A DNA stretch of 58,236 bases, filler included, from Sphacelaria rigidula (GCA_964200075.2; 8 parts of 8 records of this genome joined end to end with filler, not necessarily neighbours in it); one strand, 5' to 3'. Counted from the first letter of the whole stretch, positions 24,314-37,194 are shown. Notes: a model not told the origin generated them from the letters alone. Translations and numbers: made by a program.

Positions 24314-25913
24314 ATGGGGAGAAACAGCAACAAAAATAGCGGAAGCAGCAGCGGCGGGTCAACGGGCGCAGGCGCAGGCGCGTCTTCGTCGTCCTCTGCC
24401 CAGCCGACGTTTGCTCAAGTAGCACAGGCACCGGCCCCGGAAAAATCAGTTGCCCCGCCCGCGACCTCCTTGTCGTCCACGCCAGTCGCACCCTCGTCCT
24501 CGTCCAAGACTGGGGTTTCTCCATCCCCTTCGGAGAAAAATTCTGACAAAGGCAAGAAGAGGGCGCGCGACCCTGAGGGGGAAAAACGCTCCCAGGCCGG
24601 CAACGCTCCCAGCGACCGGGACAACCGCTTTTCTCTCCTCCGCGAGGAGGATGAAAGCAGCTCCGGCCTCGGCGACACGGATCCTGAAAACGTGGGCAGG
24701 ACCCCCTCATCGCGCTCCGTCTCGTTCTCCGATCCGGTTCCGGGACACATCAAAGAGGCCGCTCTCAAGGTAACCTTGAAAACTATGGAACAACACTTCG
24801 ACAAGGGGACGGATCCTCCTCAGTGGGCTTTGCGAGCGCTGGGGATGCTGGACTCCCCTCAGGATGTGATCCCGCAAGTACACCAGGTGAACAATGGGGC
24901 GGCAATAGAATAGCCAAACTTAGAGGTAGAGGTAGTGAGGGGTAGTTCGGTACATCTACGTCGCGGTGATCATGCACCTAATGACACAACGCCGCCAAGC
25001 TCTCGTAGTGTGCAGGCACCAACCACGCCCCCTCGACTGTCCCGGGCGACTGATAATGTAGTAGATCAAGTCACTGCACCAAATCATTCGCCCGGCGCAA
25101 ACTCTCAAACCTCGCTGACTTCCGCCCAACTTCACCCGAGCAACGTAGGTTACGCATCCCCTACGAACCAACAAGTGATCAGTAGCCCTCAGGCATTACC
25201 TCACGTGCCTGGTGGTAATGTTTCACCCCAAGAGGCACCAAATCGCCCGGGCTATAGCGGAGCTCAAATTCAAGGACCACCACACGGTAGACTCCTACGC
25301 GCTAGAAGTGTCCAAGGCACACTCTCCTTTTTACGCAGAAGCCGCACGAGTCACGCCACATGGTAGGGACCCCGTTAGCTTCGTACGGGAAGCCAGTCAG
25401 ACGGCTGCTTTTGAAGCAGGATTGCCGCCACATATCAGGGTTGAAACCGTACGCGAAGATCCAACTCGTAGCTTTCAGGTTGCGAGAGCCCGCGCCAAAA
25501 AGCACGAAACCAGCAATTTACGCGGGACTCAGCCAGAAATTTCCAATCCCTCTCCGACCCACGTTTCATCTCTCGCCATGCACAATTCCTCTCAGCTCGC
25601 GGAAACAGTTGCCGATCAAGGGCAGCAAATTGAAAAATTGTTGAGAGAGAAACGGTGGGCTGGCGGAGACCGCGGAAGGTCGAAAAAACGTTCTTCACAC
25701 CCGGGGGACAAAACGGGCCCATCACCTTCTCCCAGTGAGACCGCCAAACGTAGTCGGTCAGAGGGTAGAGGGCGTGGAAACAGTGATAGTCAATCAAGGA
25801 AGAAAAGCGAGCGTTGCACATACAAGCCGTGCAGGTTCAAACACAATCATTCCATAGAAGACTGTCAACTAGCGAAGAAGCATAAAGAGCAGCTGTTATC
25901 GTTAGGTGTTTGA
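24314..25913 (+). pseudogene. gag: Gypsy gag (broken into 24314-24913, 24935-25366, 25212-25913)
   Basis: Low-complexity S/P-rich N-terminus; C-terminal knuckle CTYKPCRFKHNHSIEDC; lies upstream of the protease. Confidence 0.75.
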
Positions 25914-26333
25914 TGGTGCCCAGAGCAGGGGCCCTCGCCCAGCGAAGGGACATGTGTACAAGCGAAAAGAGCAACTACCGTGCAGCCTGTCGGAGAAGTT
26001 TTCAAGGTAGCAAGCGTGACGCAGAAGTACAAAAAATCGAGGGAAAACACCGTGCACCACGAAATGGGTGCCGATCCTCTGGTGGGACATAACAAGGGCA
26101 AGAAACGTGTGCAGTTTGCTAGCCAAGGCGTAGCTTCTTCTGTGAGGTCATGTAAGAGGGTACGTGTAGAAGGGGTTACAGTTGCAACGGCTAGAACAAA
26201 AGAGCAAGAGGGGAATACAACAGGTCAAGATCAGATGTTAAGTGGGAAGCATCGACACCTGGACATCGCGCCACAAGCTGCTTTTGTAACCAAGACGTCT
26301 CGGAAAAATAATTAAAAGCTTAGATCCAAACTT

Positions 26334-29069
26334 TTGCCCCCAGGCTCGGCAGAATTCGAGCCTTTCTTCATGTCTTCGTTAGCCCGCTACCCTAGGAAGC
26401 CGGCAACGTTACGACCTGCACCAGCAAGAGTGCAGGTTCCCGCCAGAGTCAACGGAATAGAGGTTCCGGCCATAACCATTGATACTGCTTCGGATCTTCC
26501 CATGATCAGTCTCAAGTTCATTCGTGCACATCCTACTTTGCGAGAGCAGGACATTCAATCTATCCCATCACGTTCTATAGCTCTACGAAGTGCTGACGGT
26601 TCCCCAATCACGATAAAGGGATTAATTCGCTTTGACCTCACGATGGGTGACATAACCTTGCCCGTTGAAGCATTTGCCCTCAGGAATCTCGGGCCAGATC
26701 TCATGCTGATAGAGAATTCGGTGATAAGCGCATTTGGCGGGATTCTCGATTGGCAAGAAGAAACCCTGGCGGTTCGTAGTTCAACACTTCGCCTGACAGC
26801 TACTCATCGAAGAAGAGACAAAAAAATTCAACCGAAGTTTTCAGAATATGATTATTGTTCTGTCATACGGGTAGCATCGGCTGAAAATGTACCGGTGTAT
26901 CTCTCAAAATGATGCTCCGTCCCGCCGCGAAGTGAGATAGCTCTCTTGGTCGAAACAAATGAGCCGCCTAAATTTACGACTGAAGCGGTCATTGAGCCAA
27001 GAATTGTATCAAGTGAAGACCTCCAATCCAACAAAGTACCGGATGCTTTTAGCCGCCTCGTTGTGGCACGCACAGCCTGCATCTGGTCAGCGGTCAACAA
27101 ATCAGGTATCATACAAGTGGCGAACCCGTCGAATAGACACGTCCAACTCCCAAGAAATTTACTTTTGGGACACATCACACATGTCGGAAAAAATGACCCG
27201 ACGGGAAACACCGGTGAACTTTCACAAGTTGAAATTAATAACCCGACCGTCAGTGCAATTTCACAAGCTGAACGGCAAAATACTGACGCCCGAGAAGAAC
27301 TTACAATAGCGCTCCAAAATGCATTTAAAGATAGCACGTTTTCTGAAAATCAGAAGAGTCAACGCTCGACCTATGCATCAAATACAGGTCCGTCTTCTCA
27401 CTGTCACAACGAGAATTAGGTTGTTGTACAATTGGGGAAGCAACTTTTCCCCTGGTCCCGGGTACCAAGCCCGTCGACCGGGCCCCGTACAGAGCCAACC
27501 CCAGAATTCAAGAAGTCATCGACAACTGTGTACAGGAGATGGAAAAAGACGGCATTATCGAACAGAGGCCCAGCCCATGGTGCTCGGCTGTGACGATCGT
27601 AGCTAAACATGATGGTACTGCCCGATTTTGTGTTGACTACAGATCCACGCTCGATAAAAGTCTTGTGCGCAAGTCATGGGCAATGCCTAATTTGGAAAGT
27701 CATGTAGATACCGTGGCAGGCGCCAAATTTATCTGTCTTTGATGTACAGAGCGCGTTCCATCAGATCCCAATAGCGGAGGAGGAGAAAGAAAAAACGGCC
27801 TGTGTTACAGAGAAGGGTAAGTGGGTTTTCAACAGGCTACCGTTCGGCCTGGCATCTTCCCCGTTCATTTTCTCGCGAAAAATGGCTCTTACTTTCTCAC
27901 AATTTGGACCCAGGAGCGGTCTGTTGGTGTACATGAATAATTTAATCGCCTGCTCCTCCACATGGGAAAGTCACCTCACTCTACTGGAAGACATGTTCAA
28001 AGCACTGAAAAAAGCAGGTCTTACCCTAAAGCCCTCCAAAGCACAGTTTGGTCCCAAGGAGGTCAAGTACCTCGGCTACACTTTGTCCGCTGACGGGATC
28101 AAAATTGGGGAAGACCGCGTTGAGGCCATCTTGGATTTACCTACACCAACGAACATCAAACAATTACGTTCAGTGTTAGGGACGATTAATTTTGTGAGAA
28201 AGTTTATTCCGAATCTCGCACAGATAATCGCACCGTTGGTAGATCTAACGAAAAAAGAGGCAGCCAAGGAAGTAGCAAAACGCTGGAATCACGAACACGA
28301 TGCAGCTTTTGCCGAAGTAAAAAAACTTCTCACCAGCGCTCCTGTCCTTCACTTCTCAGACTTTTCAAAGGAGTTCACCATTCAAGTTGACGCGTCTGGA
28401 GAGGGTGCTGGATCTGTGCTCACCCAAGATAATGGGGGCAAAACTGCAATCGTAGCGTATTTCAGTCAGCGTTTCAATCATGCTCAGCGGCACTACTCTG
28501 CTACACTCGAGGAATGTTATGCAATGGTATTAACTATACAACACTGGAGGCCTTTTTATGGGGTAAACATTTCACGTGTGTGACAGACCATGCAGCGCTA
28601 CGGTACCTCTATTCCATGCAAGACACGAGCAATATGTTGACCAGATGGGCGATAGCTTTACAGTCCTTTGACTTCACTGTGAGGCACAAACCGGGAAAAT
28701 TCAATATTGTTCCGGACACTCTGTCAAGGCTCTTTCGGTTCGAAGAAGACCAGAATAATGAGGTCAAACCCCTGCTCGCGCCAATTTGTCGGAACGTCCC
28801 AGAGGATCCCAAATTGCACGCGAAGAAACCGCACCAACCGTTTCAATTTTCAGCGGATAAATTGAATAATCTCAAACCAGTACAGAGTGACAGAGAGCTG
28901 TTCACCGTCAATGCTACCCACACAAGCGCTACACATATTTTTACGTCTGTAAACAAAGACAAGTTGCGAACCGAACAGGCAAAATAATATGGCTCTTATA
29001 TTCAATATCTGACAGACGACGACGCACCGTTACCGGAAAAGGAGACACTGACTTCTATGTCCTACTTTT
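26334..29069 (+). pseudogene. pol: Gypsy pol: aspartic protease, reverse transcriptase, RNase H
   Basis: PR: ITIDTASDLPMIS. RT: SPWCSAVTIVAKHDGTARFCVDYR, RLPFGLASSP, LVYMNNL, VKYLG. RH: VDASGEGAGSVLTQ, RHYSATLEECYA, TDHAAL, RWAIALQSFDF, NIVPDTLSR. Confidence 0.95.
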
Positions 29070-29169
29070 NNNNNNNNNNNNNNNNNNNNNNNNNNNNNNN
29101 NNNNNNNNNNNNNTTAATTAATTAANNNNNNNNNNNNNNNNNNNNNNNNNNNNNNNNNNNNNNNNNNNN

Positions 29170-29281
29170 AAGCCCACTGACTTATCTTGCATTTGAATGA
29201 CAACCTACAATGAGTTGCTTTGTTGTCTGGTATCGCCACTTCCAGAGACAGCCATCGCTTATACACTGTCTCATGGGTGTC
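29170..29281 (-). repeat. Repeat A fragment at contig start
   Basis: Matches 1-70; followed by a long G-rich tract (29282-29336). Confidence 0.85.
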
Positions 29282-29794
29282 GGAGGGCTGAGGGAGGGCT
29301 GGGGTTGGTTGAGGGGGGGAGGGAGGGGGGGGGGGGATCGCGGCAGCACTCGGCCACAGGTTATGGACGAGGCCGGAGGTATTGTTCCGAAAGAAAGCCC
29401 GGCGTCGAAAGGGTCAAAAACTCACCATTTTTCGGGAACATGCATCCGACATTTGGCTGCCTCGAGCGGCGTCTTCGAGTGAGCTGGAATCTGCAACATC
29501 GGTAAACGTCACTGAATAGATTTCCCTGTGCGCCAAGGGAAGAGGGCAGGGAGCAGGGAAGACTGTCTTCAGAAACAGTGAAGAGTCCTTCGGATTGGTT
29601 CGTGTAGTACGCGATATCACTGCAAAGTCGAGAACAGACTTTCGAACAGGAGAGTTCAAAAACGTTCCGAGTGGAAGACACGGTTGTGTATGCTCAAAGA
29701 CAAGCAAAAGTTCGAAATCTGAGTGACTGACAACAATGCCATGTTGACAAAACACTTTTTCATCAAAGGGTGGGGAGGGGGATACGTGGGGATT

Positions 29795-30095
29795 GTACTC
29801 ATGATCTTGCATGCCGTCGTCATATGACCGTTGACCTCGCATCCCAATAAAGCCGGGACGGCGCACGCCGGGATATCGCCGGACCAGGCTCGCAATCAAT
29901 CAAGTGCAAAGCGTCGTGAGGTGTTCGGCGAGTCGACTGAAGGGTGAGCTGCATCCTGCTACGATTGTTCGGCTCAAAGCGTACTGATTATCCTGCATTT
30001 GGATGCCAGCCTCCGAAAAATTGCTTTATTCTCTGGTATCGCCACATCCAAAGACAGTCACGGGTCAAACACTGGCTCATGGATGTCTCACCATG
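29795..30095 (-). mobile_element. Repeat A, 5'-truncated
   Basis: GTACTCATGATCTTGCATGCCG after GGGTGGGGAGGGGG…GGGG. Confidence 0.85.
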
Positions 30096-32470
30096 GGTAG
30101 GTCGGCGCGGTGGAGTGCAGAACTCGTACAACGGCGAGGTGGGCTTTGAAATTGAATTGACGTAATACCTTACTGAAACTGAGCTCAAACCCATTGATTC
30201 TGCGTCGTGTTTTACGGAGGTCGTCCCACACGCTTATTTAAATTTCGGAACAAAATGTTAGGTTACCTCATGACGGAGTGAAAATGTGTACTAAGAATGA
30301 GATATTCTTGCAACCTCTGCAGTCGCCTGCAGAGCACTGACGAGCAGCTATAAATTGAATGACATCGGTCTGGATGCGTTAACAAACAAGTAGGAGCACG
30401 TAAGATCAGAGTAAAACGATGCAAAGCGGATGGCCGATTGGTCTCTGCCCTTCACGCCCCTTTATACTGTCGACACGGTCTAATACGCGTTTCATTCATA
30501 GTCTTCAACTAGGTACAAGGGTGTGGGAAGTGCAAACTAGTCATTGGAGTCATCTTTGCATGTCCTGGTGTCCCCTGAAGCCAATCACATGCAGGCAACC
30601 CGACCATTCAGATCATCATACCACCACGGTCTCGACCTCATCCGTGGCTCATCTCTTTAATAAATGAGCCGTGCCTGAGCCATGCATGGTTGCTCAGAAA
30701 AACGCGTGCATAATCACCTCGTACAGTGGACCGTGGGCACGCATGTGCCATATTCAACGGCCCTACCGTGAAAGTAAAATGCGCACTCTCTTATCTATAG
30801 ACGCGATGGGCGTGTTGTAGCCAGGTGGCACAACTAACAGCGGCGGCGGCCGTCAGCTCCCACGTCACACGGAAAGCCAACAAACATTGACCCCTACCCA
30901 CTGGAACCTGCTGTGAGCTCACAAGTCCAGACACGGAAAATCAACACGCATGGATTCATGGTCAGCGTGCTCCCGAAGCCGGAGCCAGTTGCCCTGAGAA
31001 TTGGCAAGAGGAGGCAGATGTCGGAGGGCGTACAGCAGCATTAATGGAAGGACGGAAGACCACTGTGCTCCTTGCTCGATCGTTTTGCTGCCCTGCTGCT
31101 TATGAGAAGGCGGGGAAGAGCGGAAGAGTGCTGTTCCGTGCGGACTGTACAGGTTTTTGCCCTTACTGTACCCTATCATACTGTCCAGCTAGCTTTGTAC
31201 ATATACCATACGGTCCTGTGGTGCAGTCTAGCACCGTGCAGGAGATCAGCTTCTACACTCACAAATGAGGGCACTCAAATTGCACACACCTCACGCTGTA
31301 CTACGGGTATACCATCGCTTGCATTCCGGACACGGACCTTGAAACTAAAATCGAGACGAACAGTACGAGCCACCGCAAAAAAAAACACGAAGTTCGCACG
31401 CATGCTCAATTCACCGTTCGAAAAGAGAAAGGAATGTTCGCTTCCAGGTCACCCGAGTCGCTCTATTCGTTCCAAGCAAGCAAATGCAAAATTGTTTGGA
31501 ATAGCTTGGTAGGCGAGTCTATATGCGAGCTCGACCCCGTGTCTAAATGGGCGGTTTTTTCATGTTGGTACGCACCCTACCCCTCACCTCCCGCCGCACG
31601 AGTTCGCGGTATCAAGGGATCACACCACCACCACCCCCCTCTCCCTGTCCACGCCGTGCATTTCGCTCTCGCGGGTGGGACCAGCACTTGCGCACGGCGG
31701 GGACTGTCAAACAACTCTGTCTGCTGCTCTCATCCTGACGTTTTCACACACGGGAATAAGACATTCTCCACAGAAAAAAAAAGGAATGCATCCGCCAGAA
31801 ATCGACCTCGCATTCTTCGGACCTAAAGGCTTCAGTTGTGCGATTCCGCGACCTGAGCGCGGTGAATATATGGAGCAAGACCGGAACTGTAGTGGGTTAG
31901 TGAGTTCAGTAGTCACCCACAAGCCCTCGGGGGTGCAGCCGGACTTTCGGCCGACCGAAGTTCTGACGACACAGCTCGGAATGATTACATGAAGTTTGCA
32001 TGCAGATAGAGAGAGGTCATCGTTTATTCCGGCACCACGCCCCTCTCTCCACCCTTACGATATATTTCATTCGTTCAATGGCCGATAGCCACCCACAAAT
32101 GCAGTACGAAGGCCTTGCGAGTTGTCATACTAGCCGCAAGAGTGGTCCAACGTACAGAGAAAACTCGTCAGGTGAAGTCGTGTTTCATACACCCTTTCTA
32201 TGGGAAGCGGCACGGCCTCCAGTCAACTCCATAACTCAGCCGCCCCGCTGTTTTTGTATATCAATCACATCAGTCCCATATTCCTGATTCGCGGTCAACT
32301 CAAGCCAATCTCCCTAAAATATAGTGTCCGTCCTCCTTCCGAGTCGCGCTACATAATCTCAAGAAGCGATCCAAGTTCAGTTTCCAAAGTCTGGCCATAT
32401 CTGGTAATTTCATCACTTGGATTCGGAGGTTCCCCCACCCGTCGTTGTCGCCCCCCGCCCCTCCCCGTCG

Positions 32471-32820
32471 ACTCCGCACAATGTGGATAATCGTACCACG
32501 TAGTGATTACATGGTGAGACACCCATGAGGCAGTGTATAAGCCATGGCTGTCTCTGGAAGTGGCAATACCAGAAAATAAAACAACTCATTGTAGGTCGTC
32601 ATCCAAATGCAAGATGATCAATAGGCTTCGGGCCGAGTAATCTTAGCAGGTGCAGCTAACCCTTGATGCGACTCGCCAAACACACTACAGCGCTTCGCGT
32701 TTGGTGATTGAGTGTGAGCCTGGTCCGGCGAAAACCCGGCGTGCTCCGTNNNNNNNNNCGTCCCGGCTTTGTAGGGATGCGAGGTCAATGGTCTTGTGAC
32801 TAGGGCATGCGTGATCATGA
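32471..32820 (+). mobile_element. Repeat A, 5'-truncated (first of a tandem stack)
   Basis: Preceded by CCCCCCGCCCCTCCCC and followed by CCCCCCCTTCCCCC. Confidence 0.85.
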
Positions 32821-32849
32821 CTGCACCCCCCCTTCCCCCTCGACGACGT

Positions 32850-33310
32850 AAAACACGCCACTCACTGCGTAAGCTAGGCAACCAGGCTATCATTTCGTGT
32901 TGCGCTTGCGTTTTTTTTGCGATTACCATGATAGTTGAGCTGCATAATATTGTGGGGGGTGGAAGAACTTCCATTTTGCGCAGAGGGGATGATAATACCA
33001 CGTGGTGTTTGAATGGTGATACGCACATGAGGCAGTGTGGAACCCGTGGCTATCTCTGGAAGTGGCGATACCAAAAAATGAAGCAACTCAGTAGAGGCTG
33101 TCATCCACAGGCAAGACAATCGGTACCCTTCGCCCCGAACAATCTTAACAGTAGGTAGCTCATACTCCACGCGACTCCCCGAACACATCACGGCGCTTCG
33201 CGCTTGGAGATTGATTGCGAGCCTGGTCCAGCGAAATCCCAGCGTGCCCCGGTTTTGTAGGAATGCGAGCTCAATGGTCCAATGACTTCGGCATGCAAGA
33301 TCATGAGTAC
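32850..33310 (+). mobile_element. Repeat A (second of the stack)
   Basis: Ends GGCATGCAAGATCATGAGTAC plus ATCCCCC. Confidence 0.85.
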
Positions 33311-33318
33311 ATCCCCCA

Positions 33319-33385
33319 TTGCTCCGTCTCGAAAGGGATGTGTGGTCAATGGTCAAACAACTAAGGCAAGCAACAAATGAGTACG
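33319..33385 (+). mobile_element. LINE 3' tip (same family as 15570-15925), third of the stack
   Basis: GCTCCGTCTCGAAAGGGATG…GGTCAAACAACTAAGGCAAGCAACAAATGAGTACG followed by a C10 run. Confidence 0.8.
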
Positions 33386-33475
33386 CTCCCCCCCCCCTCG
33401 AACTCCCTACATTGGGTTTGAGTGAAAATGAAAATTGAGGTGATGCGCAAACTTCCGTTCGTATGCCATTCCTTG

Positions 33476-33590
33476 GCAACAACGACGACGACAACAACAA
33501 CAACACCAACACCAACAACAACAGCAACAGCGACAGCAACAGCAACAGCAACAGCAACATCAATAGCAACGACGACGACGACGACGACAC
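33476..33590. repeat. Compound trinucleotide microsatellite (AAC/GAC/AGC)
   Basis: Directly visible. Confidence 0.9.
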
Positions 33591-34768
33591 TAACGCTAGC
33601 AGTGGCGACGACCAGCATAAGATTAGTGGTCGAATCGGTCGTGGTCAAATGGGTCGTTCCGTTGCCTTACATCACCAGGTCTTGGGTTCGACCCTAAGGC
33701 CGTTTGGATGTATTCCGTCGTGTTGCGTACCCACTTTAGATGGGTTCAAGTGTGTAGCGCACGTAAGCTGTCGAGCTTAGTACAACACGTAACAAGGAAT
33801 TACATCGGACGCGCATGATATTCAACCCCAACTTGAGGTTCACCCCGAAGCACCGGTTTCCCCAACCTGAAACTTATCATGAACAATCGCTTTTATCGAC
33901 GTTATATCCCTCGGCTGCGTGGATGCTTCTTTAGCGTTCACCTACTCTGCACGCCCACAGCGCTGAGCGAAAGCTTCCTCTGACCTCAATTTTGGGATAA
34001 ATACGCCTGGATTGTTTTAAGGTCGACCGCGTATGAGTGTGGCAAGGAAAAAGAGAATGAGTCGACTCTTTTCTGGGGAATGGTAACGGGAGCAGGGGGG
34101 ACACTTGCCAAGCATGCTGCACGTTGACAAACAGGGAGAGAAGTTTCGTGCGGAGAATGTACGCCTTCATAACGAGTATAGGCTTAATGAGGCGGCACAT
34201 GCGCCGACTCGTGTACTCGTCGCAGCTGATTCCCGGAGGGATTGTCCAAGAAATCACGCGCGGCGTGCTGGCGACCGCTTGCCTGGAATAGCTGGTTGTT
34301 GTTTGCAGCGGTCTGTGCAGTTGAGCACAATTCAGTTCAGTTCAGCTCAGTTTGAACTGCCTACAAGGGTTCGAGCGCCGCCGCGTGAGCTGTTGAAGAC
34401 CCTGGGAAGCATACACGCAGAAATCCGCGCGCAAACGGCACATATGCCTTCCCTGCTGCGATACCAGAGGCGTTGAATGACACACGATCTGCCGGCCGTT
34501 TCATTTACGCGTCGTTGCATCAACATGAGTGCCATAATGAACAACAGCACCGTGAACTATTGCATGTCGTGGAACACATAATGGGAAAAAAAAAAAGTCC
34601 GCCACGAGAAGCCAAGCCAACGACACCGGTGTCTTTTGCTTGATGACGTATGCCTTCAGAGCTTCGGCGGCGATCGATTGCGTGCTGATTAGTGACGCTC
34701 CGTCCTCCCCGCCGGGCTCGAGTAAGTGCTCGATTATTTGCAGATATGTTCGCTTGCAATGGATGGAG

Positions 34769-35016
34769 GACACGTTCTACGATAGCTCCCCCCTCAAAGT
34801 GCCTGGTTTGGGGAGGCAAAATCTTCACGTAAATCGAAGTGGAAGAAGCCGAGCACAATGAGCAGCTGGTAAATGCCACGCCTGGGTTCGTTCTCGCCAA
34901 ATGTCGCCCATATGAGGCGCTTCATGCAGCATTAAGCCAAGCATCAGGCGCTGTATCTCCATTTTTTTCGGGGCACTTTTGGGCTGGGTTTGGGGGGGGC
35001 TATCGTAGAAAGTGTC
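34769..35016. mobile_element. MITE (248 bp) with 4-bp TSD GGAG
   Basis: TIRs GACACGTTCTACGATAGCTCCCCC / rc GACACTTTCTACGATAGCCCCCC; GGAG at 34765-34768 and 35017-35020. Confidence 0.8.
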
Positions 35017-35278
35017 GGAGCGGCACCGGTGATCTGCGTGAAATCGCTTCATCCTATCCTTTCCCGTTAAATGAAGCACGCGTACGCGTCTTGCGTGTGT
35101 CTGCGGCGGCTCGTGAGAATTCTCTCGGCTGTAGCGTTTTCGCCCTTGTCCATGTAGCTCACTGCAGGCTTTTGTCAAGGGGCCTCCACGTGTATTGGTT
35201 TCCGATAGCATTCGTGAAATCATTTCCGCTGCTGCTGCTAGTTGTACCCTCCGTGTACAATACGTCGGATACTCATCA

Positions 35279-35458
35279 CTACCCACCTACCTATCTGCCT
35301 GTCTGCCTACCTGCCTACCTGCCTACCTGCCTACCTGTTTGCCTACCTACCTGCCTACCTGCCTACCTACCTATCTGCCTGTCTACCTGCCTGCCTACCT
35401 ACCTACCTACTTCCCTGTCTACCTAGACATCTATTTACCTACCTACCCACCTACCTAT
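35279..35458. repeat. (CCTA/CCTG)n microsatellite
   Basis: Directly visible. Confidence 0.92.
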
Positions 35459-35736
35459 TTTCATTCATACATCCAAAGATACTCTTTGTGGGTGATTTCT
35501 CACATTCAGATATCCAGCATCAAGTTATTGGAAAATGACCGAGCACCCACATAGACACAGCAGGGGGAGAGCCGAGGGTCGCCAACACGCAACCAATCGC
35601 CGCCAGACCTATCTCAGCGTCCAGTACTACACAAGACACCTGTGCCAACAGCTTGGCTGTCCGTGGCGGCGGACCGAGGAACGACTGCGGGGGTCAGCAA
35701 CGCAGTATTATGTATCATGCGAAGCCATCGCACGCG

Positions 35737-35738
<2 letters not shown>

Positions 35739-35787
<49 letters not shown>
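35739..35787. repeat. Poly-C homopolymer (49 nt)
   Basis: Directly visible. Confidence 0.9.
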
Positions 35788-35790
<3 letters not shown>

Positions 35791-36519
35791 TCCTGCGTGC
35801 CACCACATGCACTGTCTGAACTGCCTGTACGGGAGCTTCTGTACTGGCCTATTAAGGTAGTCTTGTCTGAACAACCCTTCGTTGTGCGATGATAGCAACT
35901 GTTCTAACGAATAAAGGTGGCTGGCACGCCGTGCAAGGGGTACAAACGCCAGCTCAACTGCGCAGGTAGCAAGCCCAGAGTCGCGAGGAGGGTATGCGTT
36001 CTCCGTGGGCCTTCCCTTTGTGTTCCTCAACGAGTATCATTACAACTACTTTTGCATGCCCCATTAGGAAAATACGGATTCTCTCCTCTAGGTTTCTCGC
36101 GACATTTACCCGATACACATTACCGTGCGGCCGATGTTGCAACTAGCATGTGTTCCACTACTCAGTTCACTCGCTACACTTTAAACCCTGCCCAGCATAT
36201 TCGCCCATGTAGATTTTGGATGGAGCTCGCAGATGGGCTCCCGTCCACCGAGCCATCAACCCTAATACTAATATAGACGCATATCCGCCCCCCCCCACCT
36301 CGCACCGGCTGGAGCAGCAAACAGGGTCACGGGACCAAGCGATAAAGCAAGGAAACAAAGANNNNNNNNNNNNNNNNNNNNNNNNNNNNNNNNNNNNNNN
36401 NNNNNTTAATTAATTAANNNNNNNNNNNNNNNNNNNNNNNNNNNNNNNNNNNNNNNNNNNNGTGGGTGTCTACATGGACCCATGCTTCGGCCGATATTTG
36501 CTCAGGGGACACTTGATGA

Positions 36520-36670
36520 AAAATCGACCGAAAAAGAACCGAGTCGGTTTTCGGTTTCGGTCGGTTTTTGGGAACCGAAAAACCGAATTTAAAAACCCGG
36601 TTTCGGTTGGCAAAAAACGACCGAAAAAACGACCGGAAACCGAATTTTCGGTTTGTAGTTCACAACACCG
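36520..36670. mobile_element. hAT-like transposon end with AACCGA subterminal array
   Basis: Many (A/G)ACCGA/TCGGTT motifs in both orientations, ending TTCACAACACCG (rc CGGTGTTGTGAA, CAGTGTT-like). The partner TIR was not found. Confidence 0.55.
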
Positions 36671-37194
36671 TGGATGCAATACGCTGGGTCGAATCACGAA
36701 ATGTACCTTTTCTCAGCGCTGATTGCTCGAAAGACGGCGCGCCGGCGGGAAGGGGTGGGGTTGACCGCGGGTCAAGAAAATCTCTAGGCAAGCCCTACGC
36801 TACTCCACGAGCCAGGGGTGCGCCTACCCAGGACGCAACGCTGAAAACAAAGCTCAATGATCTCGATTTGTGTAGTACCAATCAGTTACAGTACATCAAG
36901 ATATTTTGAGATTATTCGTCTAACCCTTGCACCTCTCACTTGAAGAATACTGTAGGCGATTACTTTCAGGGAGTACGGTGCGGTGCCATAATTTCACAAG
37001 TGGACGAAGCCCAACTACAACGCACAGGACAGTACAAATGTTGTACAAAAAAGTACTGCACACCGTGTCGAGATTTTTTTCCCGCACAATACACCTGAAG
37101 CTTTGCCACAGCGGACAGATGCTGTAGAGAGGGCACGGCGCAAATGGGTGGTGGTACCATGTAGTCGAACTCATTACCCTGGATTCTTTGTACG

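Larger units (their letters stand above)
23442..29069 (+). mobile_element. Decayed Ty3/Gypsy LTR retrotransposon (5' LTR ~23442-23860, gag-PR-RT-RNase H; integrase lost at contig end)
   Basis: Domain order PR-RT-RH with Gypsy-type motifs; multiple stops and frameshifts. LTR limits are approximate. Confidence 0.92.

Noticed and set aside
30918..31975. Possible small minus-strand exons (~30923-30993, ~31853-31960)
   Set aside because: Splice-like ends but no recognisable product or consistent gene model.
32796..33780. Long ORFs (poly-T/N/L; WKWRYQK)
   Set aside because: Produced by Repeat A and a trinucleotide microsatellite; the frames are not kept open across copies.
35790..35910. IBR/RING-like CHHMHCLNC peptide
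   Set aside because: Interrupted by stops, no acceptor site, too short to support.
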